A DNA stretch of 64,000 bases, taken from the NCBI GenBank assembly GCA_964595435.1, contig CAZQQJ010000001.1:41464-105463 (forward strand), read 5' to 3'. The notes beneath the pieces are model-generated. The model was not told where the DNA came from and did not search any database. It worked only from the letters and a program-made list of their open reading frames with translations. Source of the stretch: an uncultured Anaerolinea sp. GTDB lineage: Bacteria > Chloroflexota > Anaerolineae > Anaerolineales > UBA4823. Shown one piece after another: positions 35,513 to 46,441 of this stretch (within the stretch, counting starts at the first letter, position 1; the number at the start of each line of letters is the position of its first letter). The position numbers were made by a program, and so were the translations under genes.

Positions 35513-37507
35513 ATGTCTATTCTTACTTTTGAAAACCTGGGTCTTTCATTCGGCGATTTCGATTTATTCGCTGGTCTCCACGCCAGTATCGCCAACGACA
35601 GCAAGATTGGCCTGATTGGTCCGAACGGGATTGGCAAAACCTCTTTACTGATGATCCTGGCCGGCCTGAACCGGCCCAGCGCCGGACAGGTCTCCATGGC
35701 GCGTGGCCGCCGCCTGGCTTACCTGCAGCAGGAGTCGATCAATACCTTTACGGACCGGGAGCATACGGTATACAACGAAATGGCGGCTGTCTTTGCCTCG
35801 TTGCAGGCCATGCAGCAACGTCTCCATGCGCTGGAAGCTGAGATGGAGAGCGGCCAATTCCGCGACGAACTGCTTCAGGAGTACGGCGACCTGCAAGAGA
35901 CTTTCGAATTTCTTGGCGGTTACGATTACGAACTGCGCATCCAGCAGACTCTGGAAGGCCTAGGCCTGGGCAAACAGACCTGGGATATGCCGCTCAATCA
36001 CCTGAGCGGCGGGCAGAAGACGCGTGCGCTTTTAGCCCGTTTGCTGCTGGAAAAACCCGATTTACTCATTCTGGATGAGCCGACCAATCACCTGGATATC
36101 CAGGCGGTGGAATGGTTGGAGCATACGTTGAGCGAATGGCACGGCGCGGTGTTGATCGTCAGCCACGATCGCTTTTTCCTGGATAATACGGTCAATACGA
36201 TCTGGGAGATGGGCCGCGACGGGATCGAGGTTTATGCGGGCAATTATAGCGCTTACCTGTTGCAACGCCAGGAGCGTTGGGAATATTACGAGCGGGTGGT
36301 CAAAGAAGAAAAGGCGCGCCTGCTTCACGAGGTGGACTTTGTCCAACGCAACTGGGTGCGCGCCAGCACGCACGCCCGGGCGTTGGGCCTGCTGCGCCGG
36401 CTCAGCCGCGACCTGGCAGTCATCGACACTTATGGGATCATGGCGCTGCGCAGCGGCAAGAAATGGGCGGAGATGGAATTGAGCGTGCGCCCGTTGGACG
36501 TGGTTGAAGCCGTTCGCAAGGTGAATGCCATCCAGTTGGGCAGCAACCGCCCGCGCCAGATCCGCCCGCGCCTGGCTCCCAGCCATACAAGCGGAAATAT
36601 CGTGCTGCGCCTGGATCAATTGACCGTGGGATACCCGGGGCATTCGTTGTTTACGACCGGCGAGGTGATCTTGCGGCGCGGCGAATGCGTGGGGTTGATC
36701 GGCCCGAATGGCAGCGGAAAAACCAGCTTCTTGAAAACTTTGTTGGGCCAGCTTGGCCCGCTGGCAGGCAGGCTAAACCTGGGCACCAGCCTTAAGATCG
36801 GTTATTTTGCCCAGGCGCAGGATTCCCTGGACGACGAGCTGACCGTGCTGGACGAACTGCTGAAACATGCCGGCCCATCGATCACCCAGGCGGAGGGGCG
36901 CAGTCTGTTGGCCCAATACCTGTTCCAGGGTGATGATGTGTTCAAGCTGGTAGGGGTATTGAGCGGCGGCGAGCGCGCTCGCCTGGCGCTGGCGATCCTG
37001 GCCATGCAAGGGGCGAACCTGCTGCTGTTGGACGAGCCGACCAATCACCTGGATATCCCGGCGCGCGAAGTGCTGCAAGAAGCCCTCGACCACTACGATG
37101 GCTCGATCGTGCTGGTCTCACACGACCGTTACCTGGTCGACCAACTGGCTACCCAGATCTGGGAGCTGCGCCAGGGGCGGCTGGAGGTCTTCAACGGCCG
37201 TTACCGGGAGTTCATTCTGCGCCGCACGGCGGGCAGCCAGCTCATGGCTGCGCAGCGCATCCTGCTATCGCCCAAACCAATGGTGCGGGATAACAGCCTG
37301 GAGACCCGCCGCCGCGCCCAAGCCCTGGAGATGCTCGAAGAACGCATTCGCCAGCAAGAGTCTTCGTTGAAGCGCCTGTCTGGCGAACTAGAAAAGGCCG
37401 GTAAGCAGGCTGCTTTCGAGCGCATCCACGATTTGAGCTGGCAGATCGCCCGGGTACAGGCCGATTTGGACGGCTTGATGACTGAATGGGAGAAACTCGC
37501 CGTATGA
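35513..37507 (+). CDS. ABC-F family ATPase (two ABC domains, no TMD; Uup/EttA-like) with C-terminal coiled-coil domain
   Basis: Two Walker A (GPNGIGKTS, GPNGSGKTS), two LSGG signature motifs and an inter-domain linker are present. Start at MSILTFENL with GGAG 8 nt upstream. The ORF-track extension from 35312 is rejected. Confidence 0.85.
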   Translation: MSILTFENLGLSFGDFDLFAGLHASIANDSKIGLIGPNGIGKTSLLMILAGLNRPSAGQVSMARGRRLAYLQQESINTFTDREHTVYNEMAAVFASLQAMQQRLHALEAEMESGQFRDELLQEYGDLQETFEFLGGYDYELRIQQTLEGLGLGKQTWDMPLNHLSGGQKTRALLARLLLEKPDLLILDEPTNHLDIQAVEWLEHTLSEWHGAVLIVSHDRFFLDNTVNTIWEMGRDGIEVYAGNYSAYLLQRQERWEYYERVVKEEKARLLHEVDFVQRNWVRASTHARALGLLRRLSRDLAVIDTYGIMALRSGKKWAEMELSVRPLDVVEAVRKVNAIQLGSNRPRQIRPRLAPSHTSGNIVLRLDQLTVGYPGHSLFTTGEVILRRGECVGLIGPNGSGKTSFLKTLLGQLGPLAGRLNLGTSLKIGYFAQAQDSLDDELTVLDELLKHAGPSITQAEGRSLLAQYLFQGDDVFKLVGVLSGGERARLALAILAMQGANLLLLDEPTNHLDIPAREVLQEALDHYDGSIVLVSHDRYLVDQLATQIWELRQGRLEVFNGRYREFILRRTAGSQLMAAQRILLSPKPMVRDNSLETRRRAQALEMLEERIRQQESSLKRLSGELEKAGKQAAFERIHDLSWQIARVQADLDGLMTEWEKLAV

Positions 37508-39249
37508 AACTACCTTTACGCGCCTATTGGAATTTGCTTTCCGCCCATATCCGGCCACAGCGGGTACGGTTTGGACTGCTGGCGTTTTTGTTGTTTACCA
37601 GCATCGGCCTGCAGGTGGTCAACCCGCAAATCATGCGCGGTTTCATCGATTCAGCTTTGCAGGGGGCAGCGGTCTCTCGCCTGGTTTGGTCAGCGCTGGC
37701 TTTCCTGGGCATTGCGCTGCTCCAGCAAGCCATCTCGGTGGGCGTGGTGTATTTGAGCGAGACGGTGGCCTGGTCTGCAACCAATGCACTGCGCGCCGAG
37801 CTGGCGCGCCACTGTTTGAGCCTGGATATGGGTTTTCACAACAAGCACACGCCCGGCGAACTGATCGAGCGGATCGATGGCGACGTGGCCGAACTGGCTA
37901 ACTTCTTCTCGCAGTTTGTGGTCATCCTGATCGGCAACCTTCTGCTGCTGGTGGGGATCCTGATCGCCCTGTTCCGAGAGGACTGGCGGGCCGGGCTGGC
38001 TTTCTCGGTTTTTGCATTGGTATCGCTGCTGGTGCTCAACCGGCTGCGCGATATTGCTGTACCGCAGCAAAAGGCGCGCCGCCAGGCTGAAGCCGACCTG
38101 TTTGGTTTCGTGGAAGAGCAGTTGACCTCGATCGAAGACATCCGCTCCAGTGGGGCGGTTGGTTTCAGCCTGCGTGAACTGTACCGGTTCCAGGCCGCCA
38201 TTTTACGCCATGACCGGAGCGCCCGGCGGCGGGGATGGTTGATCGACCTGGCGATGGGCGTCTTGCTGACCCTGGGGAATATCCTGGCGGTTGCCAGCGG
38301 TTATCTGCTGTTCAGCGCAGGGACGGTCACAGTGGGAACGGTTTACCTGTTCATCCACTACGCCAATTTGCTTGAGACGCCGATCTGGACGCTGATCCGT
38401 GAAGTGCAGAGCTTCCAGACCATCGGGGCCTGCGTGGAACGCCTGACTGAATTGCACAAGCTCCAACCGGAGGTTTGCGATGGCCCTGGGGCAGCCATGA
38501 AAGCCGGGTCGCTGGCGTTAACTTTCGATGGCGTTTCGTTTGGCTATAACGGCAACGGGACGGTTTTAGACGGCCTGTCTTTTGGCTTGCTGCCGGGTCG
38601 CGTGTTGGGGTTGTTGGGGCGTACGGGCAGCGGCAAAACCACCCTGGCTCGCCTGGTCTTTCGCCTGTACGACCCGACGGCAGGGCGTATCTTGCTGGAT
38701 GACGAAGACATCCGCTCTTCCCGCCTGGCCGAATTGCGCGGGCGCGTGGCCCTGGTGACGCAGGAAGTGCAACTCTTCCAGGGCACGGTGCGTGAGAACC
38801 TGACCTTTTTCGACCAGGGTGTCACGGATGAGCGGATCGAGGATGCCATCCAACAGCTTGGTCTGGCAGATTGGTTCCACTCTTTGCCCAAGGGATTGGA
38901 CACCCGCCTGGAAGGCAGTGGGCGCAGCCTTTCCGCCGGAGAGGCGCAACTGTTGGCTTTCACACGCATCTTCTTGCGCGATCCCGGCCTGGTCATCCTG
39001 GACGAGGCTTCGGCGCGGTTGGACCTGGCGACCGAGCAGCACATCGAACGGGCTATCGACCGTCTGCTGCAAAACCGGACGGCGATCATCATCGCCCACC
39101 GCCTGGGTACGGTTCACCGCGCCGACGAAGTGATGATCCTGGAAAACGGGCGAGTGTGCGAGTACGGCGATCGAGAAATGCTGGCCGGCGATCCCGATTC
39201 ACGCTTTTATCATCTTCTGCAAACCGGCCTGGAGGAGGTGCTGGCATGA
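37504..39249 (+). CDS. ABC exporter, fused permease/ATPase subunit 1 (ABCB/MsbA-like, heterodimer partner)
   Basis: Six TM helices are followed by an NBD ([28 protein letters not shown]). The ATGA overlap with the ABC-F stop places the start at 37504. Confidence 0.85.
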   Translation: MKLPLRAYWNLLSAHIRPQRVRFGLLAFLLFTSIGLQVVNPQIMRGFIDSALQGAAVSRLVWSALAFLGIALLQQAISVGVVYLSETVAWSATNALRAELARHCLSLDMGFHNKHTPGELIERIDGDVAELANFFSQFVVILIGNLLLLVGILIALFREDWRAGLAFSVFALVSLLVLNRLRDIAVPQQKARRQAEADLFGFVEEQLTSIEDIRSSGAVGFSLRELYRFQAAILRHDRSARRRGWLIDLAMGVLLTLGNILAVASGYLLFSAGTVTVGTVYLFIHYANLLETPIWTLIREVQSFQTIGACVERLTELHKLQPEVCDGPGAAMKAGSLALTFDGVSFGYNGNGTVLDGLSFGLLPGRVLGLLGRTGSGKTTLARLVFRLYDPTAGRILLDDEDIRSSRLAELRGRVALVTQEVQLFQGTVRENLTFFDQGVTDERIEDAIQQLGLADWFHSLPKGLDTRLEGSGRSLSAGEAQLLAFTRIFLRDPGLVILDEASARLDLATEQHIERAIDRLLQNRTAIIIAHRLGTVHRADEVMILENGRVCEYGDREMLAGDPDSRFYHLLQTGLEEVLA

Positions 39250-41075
39250 ACGCCGCACAAAGTATTCCAACGCAGCCACCTGATGCAGGGGCGGGCATGA
39301 AGCCTTCTCTAGGGTTGCCTGCCTGGCGCGTCATCCTGGACATGCTGCGCTTTCGACCGTGGTACTGGTTCGTCGATCTGCTTTCGGTATCGACCTTCCG
39401 CCTGGCTTTTCAGATCGGACCGGGCCTGGTGTTGCGCGCTTTCTTCGACTTGATCACCGGCGAGGCGCGCAGCGGCCTGACGGTCTGGAGCATCATGGCG
39501 GCGCTGGCGGCGCTGTTGGTTGCGCGGCTGCTGGGCGAGTATGGTTTCGTTTACGCGGACGTGCCGCTCTTTGCCGATGTGTCCACTTTGCTGCGCAAAA
39601 ATTTGCTCAAACATATCTTACGCCGCCCAGGCGCGGCGCCCTTGCCCGATTCTCCGGGCGAAGCAGTGAGCCGTTTTCGCAACGACGTGATGGAGATTCC
39701 GCTGTTTGTGATCTTGATCAACGATATCTTTATCGGTATCGTGATCATCTGTATTTCCGTCGTCTTGCTGATGAAAATCAGCGTACCGATTACCCTGCTG
39801 GCGCTGGCGCCGGTGGTGATCGTCGGGCTGGTGGCCAACGCAGCATCGGGCCGCATCGAACACTATCGCCGCGCCAGCCGCCAGGCCACCGGAGAGGTGA
39901 CCGGTTTCATCGGTGAACTGTTCGGTTCGGTGCAGGCGGTCAAGGTCGCCACGGCTGAAGAAAGCGTGATCGGACACTTCGACCAGCTCAATGGCGAGCG
40001 GGGCAGGCTGACCGTGCGCGAGCGCCTGTTCGATACCCTGCTGGAAACGATCTGGCGCAACACAGGCAACCTGGGCACCGGCATGGTGCTGATCTTGAGC
40101 GGCCAGGCCATGCGCAGCGGCACGTTTACGGTGGGCGATTTTTCGCTTTTTGTCTACCTGTTGACCAGTATGAGCGATCTGACCACGTTTGCCGGGATGC
40201 TGGCGGCCCGCTACCGGCAACTCAACGTATCGGTCCAGCGAATGTACCGCCTGATGGAAGGGGCGCCGCTGCAGGCCCTGGTGGAGCACAGTGTTGTCGA
40301 CCTGGATGGCCCGCTGCCGGTAGTGGAATATGCACAGGCCCAGGCGGGTGATCACCTCGCCGAGCTTGCGGCGCGCGGGTTGCGTTACCAGCACCCAGGG
40401 ACGAGCAATGGAATTTGGGATGTCGATCTGCACTTACGCGGCGGCACGCTCACCGTAATTACCGGGCGAGTCGGTTCGGGCAAGACCACTTTGCTGCGCG
40501 TGCTGTTGGGGCTGCTGCCTCGCGATGCGGGGCAGATTTATTGGAATGGCCAACCCGTCGATGACCCGGGGAGTTTCTTCGTCCCGCCGAGAGCCGCTTA
40601 TACGGCCCAAACGCCACGCCTGTTCAGCAATACCCTGCGGACGAATATCTTGCTCGGGTTGGAAAAAGATGATGCCAGCGTGATGAACGCTTTGCGACTG
40701 GCGGTGATGGAACGTGACCTGGAGGAAATGGAGGACGGCCTGGATACGCCTGTCGGGCCACGCGGCGTGCGGCTATCGGGCGGGCAGGTGCAGCGGGCGG
40801 CTGCGGCGCGTATGTTGGCGCGAGATGCCAGTTTGCTGGTATTCGATGATTTATCCAGTGCGTTGGACGTGGAGACGGAGCGCCAGATGTGGGATCGCCT
40901 CTTTGCGCGTTCCGGGGTATCTTATCTGGTTGTGTCGCATCGCCGGCCGGTGCTGCGCCGCGCCGACCATATCCTTGTGATGAAGGATGGCAAAGTCGAA
41001 GCAGAGGGCAAATTGGATGAATTGCTGGCGAGTTGCGATGAGATGCAGCGGCTCTGGCAAGGGGCAGATCTCTGA
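39246..41075 (+). CDS. ABC exporter, fused permease/ATPase subunit 2
   Basis: An ATGA overlap with subunit 1. TM domain and NBD ([33 protein letters not shown]). Confidence 0.85.
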   Translation: MNAAQSIPTQPPDAGAGMKPSLGLPAWRVILDMLRFRPWYWFVDLLSVSTFRLAFQIGPGLVLRAFFDLITGEARSGLTVWSIMAALAALLVARLLGEYGFVYADVPLFADVSTLLRKNLLKHILRRPGAAPLPDSPGEAVSRFRNDVMEIPLFVILINDIFIGIVIICISVVLLMKISVPITLLALAPVVIVGLVANAASGRIEHYRRASRQATGEVTGFIGELFGSVQAVKVATAEESVIGHFDQLNGERGRLTVRERLFDTLLETIWRNTGNLGTGMVLILSGQAMRSGTFTVGDFSLFVYLLTSMSDLTTFAGMLAARYRQLNVSVQRMYRLMEGAPLQALVEHSVVDLDGPLPVVEYAQAQAGDHLAELAARGLRYQHPGTSNGIWDVDLHLRGGTLTVITGRVGSGKTTLLRVLLGLLPRDAGQIYWNGQPVDDPGSFFVPPRAAYTAQTPRLFSNTLRTNILLGLEKDDASVMNALRLAVMERDLEEMEDGLDTPVGPRGVRLSGGQVQRAAAARMLARDASLLVFDDLSSALDVETERQMWDRLFARSGVSYLVVSHRRPVLRRADHILVMKDGKVEAEGKLDELLASCDEMQRLWQGADL

Positions 41076-41086
41076 TGTCGTGAAAA

Positions 41087-42010
41087 TCATTCTTCGTCGA
41101 ATTTGTCCATCAAGCGGCGAATTTCTTCTTCCCAGACATCATCCAGGGGGGCAAAAGGGGTCTCGGTAAATTTTTCGGACAGGGCCTGCAGATATTCGCG
41201 GATGCCCAGTTGTGGCGCGGCGCGATCCAGCGCGTCGATTTTCTCTTCCATCGCCACGAGCAGTTGCTGGCTGCGGTGTTCCAGGTCGCTCAGATCCAAT
41301 TGGAGCTTGAGCATATGGTCGATGCGACGCATCAGGCCGAGCCAGGCAGTGAAATCATTCTCGATGCGCAGGACGTTTCCAGGTTGTTCCATGCCGGCGA
41401 AATTGTACAGAGGCACAAAGGTGTACATGCCAACGTACTCCATCCGCTGATCCCCGGCCCGGCGGCAGACATAGGAACTGATACTGGCCCCACCTTGATA
41501 GTCGGACAGGTCTACGGCGTATTGGTTCAGTTGCTGGCGCAGCGACGGCAGGCTGCACGTGGCAGACACATGGCGCTCTTTGTCATAAGGCATCTCGCCA
41601 TAGACGCCGCCAACGCCGACGATACGCCTGACTTTCAGGGTCCTGGCAATGTGCAGCAGCGCGCCGACATACCCTTCGATATCCATGTGCGGCTCATCTC
41701 CCAGGAAGATGAGCAGGCCGCGCTGGTCGTTGCCGGCGTAATAAAGCTCGTTGCGCGGCGTTTCGAGCAATTCAGGCACACCCTGCTCGTAACGAACGAC
41801 CGGGCGCAGCAGGTCGTGGGTCCCGGGGATCTGGAAGAGGTAAAAGCCGGAGGGCCGAATCTGGCCGATTTTTCGGGCTTCTGTCAATTGGATGAGATAT
41901 TTGGGAAGGCCCGAAGAGGCAGAACCGGCGTCGGCCCATTGCCGCCAGCCGACGAGCATATACATTTCTGAAGGCTGAGGAATTTCCCGGATTTCTACTG
42001 CGTCACTCAT
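41087..42010 (-). CDS. PAC2 (proteasome assembly chaperone 2-like) family protein
   Basis: MYMLVGWRQWADAGSASSGLPKYL and the overall approximately 300-aa PAC2/DUF75 architecture. Confidence 0.65.
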   Translation of the reverse strand: MSDAVEIREIPQPSEMYMLVGWRQWADAGSASSGLPKYLIQLTEARKIGQIRPSGFYLFQIPGTHDLLRPVVRYEQGVPELLETPRNELYYAGNDQRGLLIFLGDEPHMDIEGYVGALLHIARTLKVRRIVGVGGVYGEMPYDKERHVSATCSLPSLRQQLNQYAVDLSDYQGGASISSYVCRRAGDQRMEYVGMYTFVPLYNFAGMEQPGNVLRIENDFTAWLGLMRRIDHMLKLQLDLSDLEHRSQQLLVAMEEKIDALDRAAPQLGIREYLQALSEKFTETPFAPLDDVWEEEIRRLMDKFDEE

Positions 42011-42059
42011 TGCCGTGTGCCTCGTGCGGATTTCATTATAACAGCTTAATGCCTCCTAC

Positions 42060-42108
42060 CGGTTAAACAGTACATGCCCCGGTAAGTGGGGCATGTACTG
42101 TTTAACCG
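42060..42108 (-). terminator. perfect 21-bp stem / 7-nt loop hairpin downstream of Tad pseudopilin genes
   Basis: CGGTTAAACAGTACATGCCCC-ggtaagt-GGGGCATGTACTGTTTAACCG. No adjacent U-tract. Confidence 0.5.
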
Positions 42109-42129
42109 AGCTACTTGAACAGGAGGTTT

Positions 42130-43497
42130 TTAGCGGTGAAGATCGATATAAGAGGGGCGGCTGTGCTGCTGGTTTGCGTTATAGACCACGTTGATGTCGG
42201 CGGTGCCACCGGTGTTGACGTTATAACCGATGACCTGGCTCTTGAAGGCGAAGGTATTGGCGCCGCCTTCGACGGAGATATCTGAACAGGGCGCCAGGAT
42301 GGTGCCGGTGACGTTCTGGGCGCCGTTGCCGTTGAGCTTCAATTCCTGGTTTACCTCGCCGCACGCCGTACCATAATAAAGCTTGGGCATATAGATCGCC
42401 ACGCCGGGGATCGCCGCGCCGGTGTAATCTGCCGGCGGAGCGGTGATGTTGACGTTGCCGCCGCTCATGTCCACCTTGCCGCCGCGAAAGACCAGGGTGA
42501 CGTTGTTGCCGCTGAAGCCCTCTTTGGCGTTGTTGACTTTCAGATCGCCGTCCACGCAATACAGGCCGGTCAGATCGGTGCGGCCATACAGGGCGCTGGG
42601 GCTGACCACGTGCCCGGTGCAATCCGGTATGGCGACGTCGTAGGCCTCGGGCGGGATGCGGAAAGAGGAGTTGTTCTGGAGTTGGGACGGGGACGCACCG
42701 GTGGGGTTGCCGTTGGAGTCGACGATCTGGATGTTGCCCAGGCCATTCCCCGGGAAGAAATAGGCCACGCCGCCGTTCTTGATCACCGGGTGGTTGCCGC
42801 CATCGACATCCAGGCAGCCATTGGAAAATACGCCGCCGCCGGTGACGTTCAGGGTCAGGTTGCCGCGGAACTGGATGCCGTTCGAGTTGCCCGAACAGGC
42901 GCTGCTATTCAGGGCCACGATGGCGAAGCCATAGGCCAGGGGCTGGCGCGGGCGCACACGGGTGATGGCGGTGGTGGTATTTTGCATGACGCCTTTGTAG
43001 ACGAAATGGGCAAAGGCGGTGGATGTTTCGCGGGTGGTCGTCGAGCGCACGTCGATGAAGCGGTCCTGGAACAGGGTGAAGGTGCCCGTCTTGCCGCCCG
43101 GCAGGATGGTGGTAACGTTGATGTTTTCCACGCCGCATTCGGTATGCACGCCCATTCCATCGGAATCATCCTGATCGAAGGCGGCGAAGTCGTTGTCTTT
43201 GGCGCGTTTGACGGCTGCGGCACGGCCAGCCGTGGCGGCGGTGGCCACGTTGCCGGAGCAGTTGGGCGGGTTGGCCGTCCAGGTGCTGTAAGATACGCCC
43301 AGGTCTTCCAGTTTCTGGGCCGCTACGGCGCCGCCTGCCAGCGAAGATGCGTCGGCAGCGCTTTGGGTAAAACGGCGATCCGAGTACACCATGCTGCCAT
43401 CGATCGCCAGGGCGGCGAAGCCGAGCAGCACTACCATCGCCAGAGCCATCAGCACCAGCGCCTGGCCGCTTTCTGAAGTTCTTTGTTTTTTGTTCAT
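42130..43497 (-). CDS. TadG-like (Flp pilus assembly TadE/G family) pseudopilin-like protein
   Basis: The N-terminus ESGQALVLMALAMVVLLGFAALAIDGSMVYSDRRFTQSAADASSLAGGA is a pfam13400 Tad-type signature. A Gly/Asn/Thr-rich beta-rich C-terminal region follows. Confidence 0.7.
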   Translation of the reverse strand: MNKKQRTSESGQALVLMALAMVVLLGFAALAIDGSMVYSDRRFTQSAADASSLAGGAVAAQKLEDLGVSYSTWTANPPNCSGNVATAATAGRAAAVKRAKDNDFAAFDQDDSDGMGVHTECGVENINVTTILPGGKTGTFTLFQDRFIDVRSTTTRETSTAFAHFVYKGVMQNTTTAITRVRPRQPLAYGFAIVALNSSACSGNSNGIQFRGNLTLNVTGGGVFSNGCLDVDGGNHPVIKNGGVAYFFPGNGLGNIQIVDSNGNPTGASPSQLQNNSSFRIPPEAYDVAIPDCTGHVVSPSALYGRTDLTGLYCVDGDLKVNNAKEGFSGNNVTLVFRGGKVDMSGGNVNITAPPADYTGAAIPGVAIYMPKLYYGTACGEVNQELKLNGNGAQNVTGTILAPCSDISVEGGANTFAFKSQVIGYNVNTGGTADINVVYNANQQHSRPSYIDLHR

Positions 43498-43554
43498 CGT
43501 TACCTCCTGCAATTTATGGATCATCTATCCGAGTAGCTTCTTAACTTATGCGAC

Positions 43555-44043
43555 CTATGGGCAATCGGGCGAAAGGATCGTATCGGTGGCCGAAACGCGA
43601 ATCGGCACGGTCTGCTTTCCTGTAAAGGTAGCCACGAATGGCATGGTCAAGGGGAAGTTTTCGTAATCAATGGTTATCGTAACACCATTGGATGCGCCGC
43701 TGGTAGCTCCGCTGCAATAGGTATTGGAGATGGTGGGCGTTACCGAAATGGTAATATCACCGTAGATGCTTTCCATCAGACTTGATGCGGAACGCACGCG
43801 ATTCTTGATATCCTGGATTTTGGTTGTGTCGGCGGTGGTAGGGTTGGCGGAGTTGTAAGGGGCCTTGATGGATGCGTACATGGCGCCTTCCTGGGCTGCA
43901 TCGCGCATCGACAAATAGGTATAAAATGCCCGCGCGCCGTCCACGACCACGGACAATAAAATCAACAAAACGGTCAACATGAAGGCAAATTCGATCAGGC
44001 TTTGCCCACGCTCGTGGCGGTTCGTGTTTTTATATCCAGACAT
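43555..44043 (-). CDS. TadE-like pseudopilin
   Basis: ERGQSLIEFAFMLTVLLILLSVVVDGARAFYTYLSMRDAAQEG is a TadE N-terminal domain. Start at MSGYKN with an AGGAGAT RBS. Confidence 0.75.
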   Translation of the reverse strand: MSGYKNTNRHERGQSLIEFAFMLTVLLILLSVVVDGARAFYTYLSMRDAAQEGAMYASIKAPYNSANPTTADTTKIQDIKNRVRSASSLMESIYGDITISVTPTISNTYCSGATSGASNGVTITIDYENFPLTMPFVATFTGKQTVPIRVSATDTILSPDCP

Positions 44044-44062
44044 ATCAGTAATCTCCTTTCTC

Positions 44063-46414
44063 CTATTTCCTGACCAAGGGTATGAAACCCTGGTAAATAC
44101 CGGTATAAGCGGCATTGCCGGCTCCGTAAGCGCTGGTTTCGAACAACGGATCGCGGCCGGCATCGAATAAAAAGATCATCGGCGGCGTATCGTTGTTGCC
44201 GTCTTGATCGAACAAGCTATAGAACAGGTAGTCGTTATAACCGGCGTCCAGCCAGGTCATTACGGCGCGGCCGTTATTATCGAGGGTGATCGAAAGACGC
44301 CCTGCCCGCCGGTTGGCAATCGGGGTGAGTGTCTGCGGGTAATTGGCGTAGACGGCGTAGTTCGAGGCGCTGTCCAGGTAGGCGTAAGCTACCTGGTCGT
44401 TGTCGTCGACCCATCCTACGATGACATCGTTATCGTTGAATTGCACCGCTCGCGCCTCTTCACCGGTTGCGGATGCAAGCGCCGCTGGTGGGCGGGCCAG
44501 GGCGCCGCTCAAGGCGTCGAATACGGCATACCAGATGGCGCCTGTATCCGAACGGGAATAGGTCATCAGCACCTGGTTATTTCCTATATCGATCATAAAC
44601 AGATTTCTCAACAGCGCCCCTCCAGCGGAGGAGTCGACCACGGTTGGCGAAAACAAGGGAGTAAATTGCGCTGACCCCGCGTTGTAGGTGTATACTGCGG
44701 CGCGTAAGGTGGTGCTGATGGTGCTTTCCTGGTCCAACCAGGCGACCACATAACGCGGGCTGCTCACTTCTCCGACGATGGCTAAATTGGGGTTGATGTG
44801 ATCCCTGGCGTTTACGGTGCTGTACCACTGGCTATCCTGGGTGACATCGGTACGTGGCGAAATCAGGACGCCACCTTGATCCAGGGCAGCCAGGTAGATG
44901 TTGGAGTTGCGTTCTGCGCCGCCGTTGTCGCGCTGCTTCGTCTGGCTCCAGACGATGCCGACCCGGCTGTCCGGCGCCGGGGCGATCACCGGGGTGACGG
45001 CGTCTGCCTGGTATACGCCCGCTTCTGTGACCAGGGTGGCGCCTTCGGTGAGATTTGACAGCGGCCCTATCTTGCCCAGGCGATCACTGACACGGTACTG
45101 GATGTCGGTATATTGGTCGCCGTTGCCCAGGATGGTGAGATTCTCCCAGGCGGTCAAATAGTTGTCCAGGGAAATAGATTCCATTGCCAGGGTAGAGCCG
45201 GTGTAGGAATTCAGGATGGAGCGGTCGATGATGTTTTTCTCCCAGATCTGGCGCAGCCCTACCCGGCTGGCGTCGACGTATACCTGGGCAAACTGCACGG
45301 GGATGGCGGTCTGTACTGTAGCGGTCATGAACTTGACGGGCGGTGAAGCCAGCGAAGCCACGGAGGTGGCCGTCACCATCACCGTGGTGTAAGCGCCTTC
45401 GTCGGCCAGGGCGGGCGGTTCGATTTTTAAGGTCACCGAAATCGACCGGGTCTCGGCGATAGCCGTTGCTCCGGTATCGACTTTCCCGTCGCTGGTGTTG
45501 TCTTTCAAGGGGGTAGTGCCATTGCCATCGTACCATGTGACCGCCCACCCCGGCTGGCTGGAGACGGCCTCCAGGTTGAACCGGTCGGCGCCAACCTCTC
45601 CAATGTTGTGGACATCGAGCGAGAAGCGCGCCTGGTGCTCAGTGATAAAGCCACCCTGGATCAGGGGGGAAATTTTTACGCGTGGCGCGGCAGCCGGGCG
45701 GGTGAATTGAATGGCTTTTTGCCCACCGACCAGGTCCTCTGTTTTGTAATAGAATTGCAGGCCGAAGATACCGTGTTCATCTTCAATGCCAACCGTAGCA
45801 TCGTTGGCCTTGCTGTTGGTATCCAGGCCGTCGCCGGGCAAATTGTTGTACTGGAACAGGATGCGCCCATCCTGGTAGAGCACCACTTCGAAATTGAGCT
45901 GCGGATAATCCACGCCGGCGTATTCAATGATAAAGTAGTCTGTGGCTGCATCAACGTATTTGGCCCTCGCCTGGCCGGTGAGGATGCGCAGGTCTGCCCA
46001 CAAGGGGGCGATGAAGTTATTCGGGCGAGGCGCCCAGGGGATCACCGTATTGGCCGGGCTGGAGTTGCCCTCACCAAAGGTGATCATGCCGTTGGTCGAG
46101 ATGTACAATGAATTGTAGGTATTCTCGTAGAATTTGAATGGAAAGCCAATGGATACCGGCCCAAAGTAACTGTCATCCTGGCCCTGGAAGCTGATCACCG
46201 AACCGCCGGAGGCGGAGAGCCAGTTGTACCCTACCGAGTTGTCAGCGACATAACCATAGCCGTCGGTGAGGGCCGTGGCCGGGGCGGCAGGCGGCCCGAA
46301 ATGGTCACCCAGGATGGCCGATGCCCGTGCGGGCGTCCCGCCACTGGCCAGCATGGCCGCGGCCAGCACGATCACGATACCTTTCCGATAAATCTGTGTA
46401 AGAAACATCATCAA
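44063..46414 (-). CDS. large secreted protein of unknown function (783 aa) inside Tad pseudopilin cluster
   Basis: A signal peptide (IVIVLAAAMLASGGTPARASA) with no recognised catalytic motifs. Co-directional and tightly spaced with the flanking Tad genes. Confidence 0.6.
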   Translation of the reverse strand: MMMFLTQIYRKGIVIVLAAAMLASGGTPARASAILGDHFGPPAAPATALTDGYGYVADNSVGYNWLSASGGSVISFQGQDDSYFGPVSIGFPFKFYENTYNSLYISTNGMITFGEGNSSPANTVIPWAPRPNNFIAPLWADLRILTGQARAKYVDAATDYFIIEYAGVDYPQLNFEVVLYQDGRILFQYNNLPGDGLDTNSKANDATVGIEDEHGIFGLQFYYKTEDLVGGQKAIQFTRPAAAPRVKISPLIQGGFITEHQARFSLDVHNIGEVGADRFNLEAVSSQPGWAVTWYDGNGTTPLKDNTSDGKVDTGATAIAETRSISVTLKIEPPALADEGAYTTVMVTATSVASLASPPVKFMTATVQTAIPVQFAQVYVDASRVGLRQIWEKNIIDRSILNSYTGSTLAMESISLDNYLTAWENLTILGNGDQYTDIQYRVSDRLGKIGPLSNLTEGATLVTEAGVYQADAVTPVIAPAPDSRVGIVWSQTKQRDNGGAERNSNIYLAALDQGGVLISPRTDVTQDSQWYSTVNARDHINPNLAIVGEVSSPRYVVAWLDQESTISTTLRAAVYTYNAGSAQFTPLFSPTVVDSSAGGALLRNLFMIDIGNNQVLMTYSRSDTGAIWYAVFDALSGALARPPAALASATGEEARAVQFNDNDVIVGWVDDNDQVAYAYLDSASNYAVYANYPQTLTPIANRRAGRLSITLDNNGRAVMTWLDAGYNDYLFYSLFDQDGNNDTPPMIFLFDAGRDPLFETSAYGAGNAAYTGIYQGFIPLVRK

Positions 46415-46441
46415 TCTCCAGACTACCTGACTTCCAGCACC

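Noticed and set aside
36062-41971. Minus/plus antisense ORFs within ABC-F, ABC exporter and PAC2 genes (36062-36643, 38566-39117, 39618-40433, 41210-41971)
   Set aside because: They overlap genes with Walker A/B and signature motifs on the opposite strand. Compositionally biased translations.
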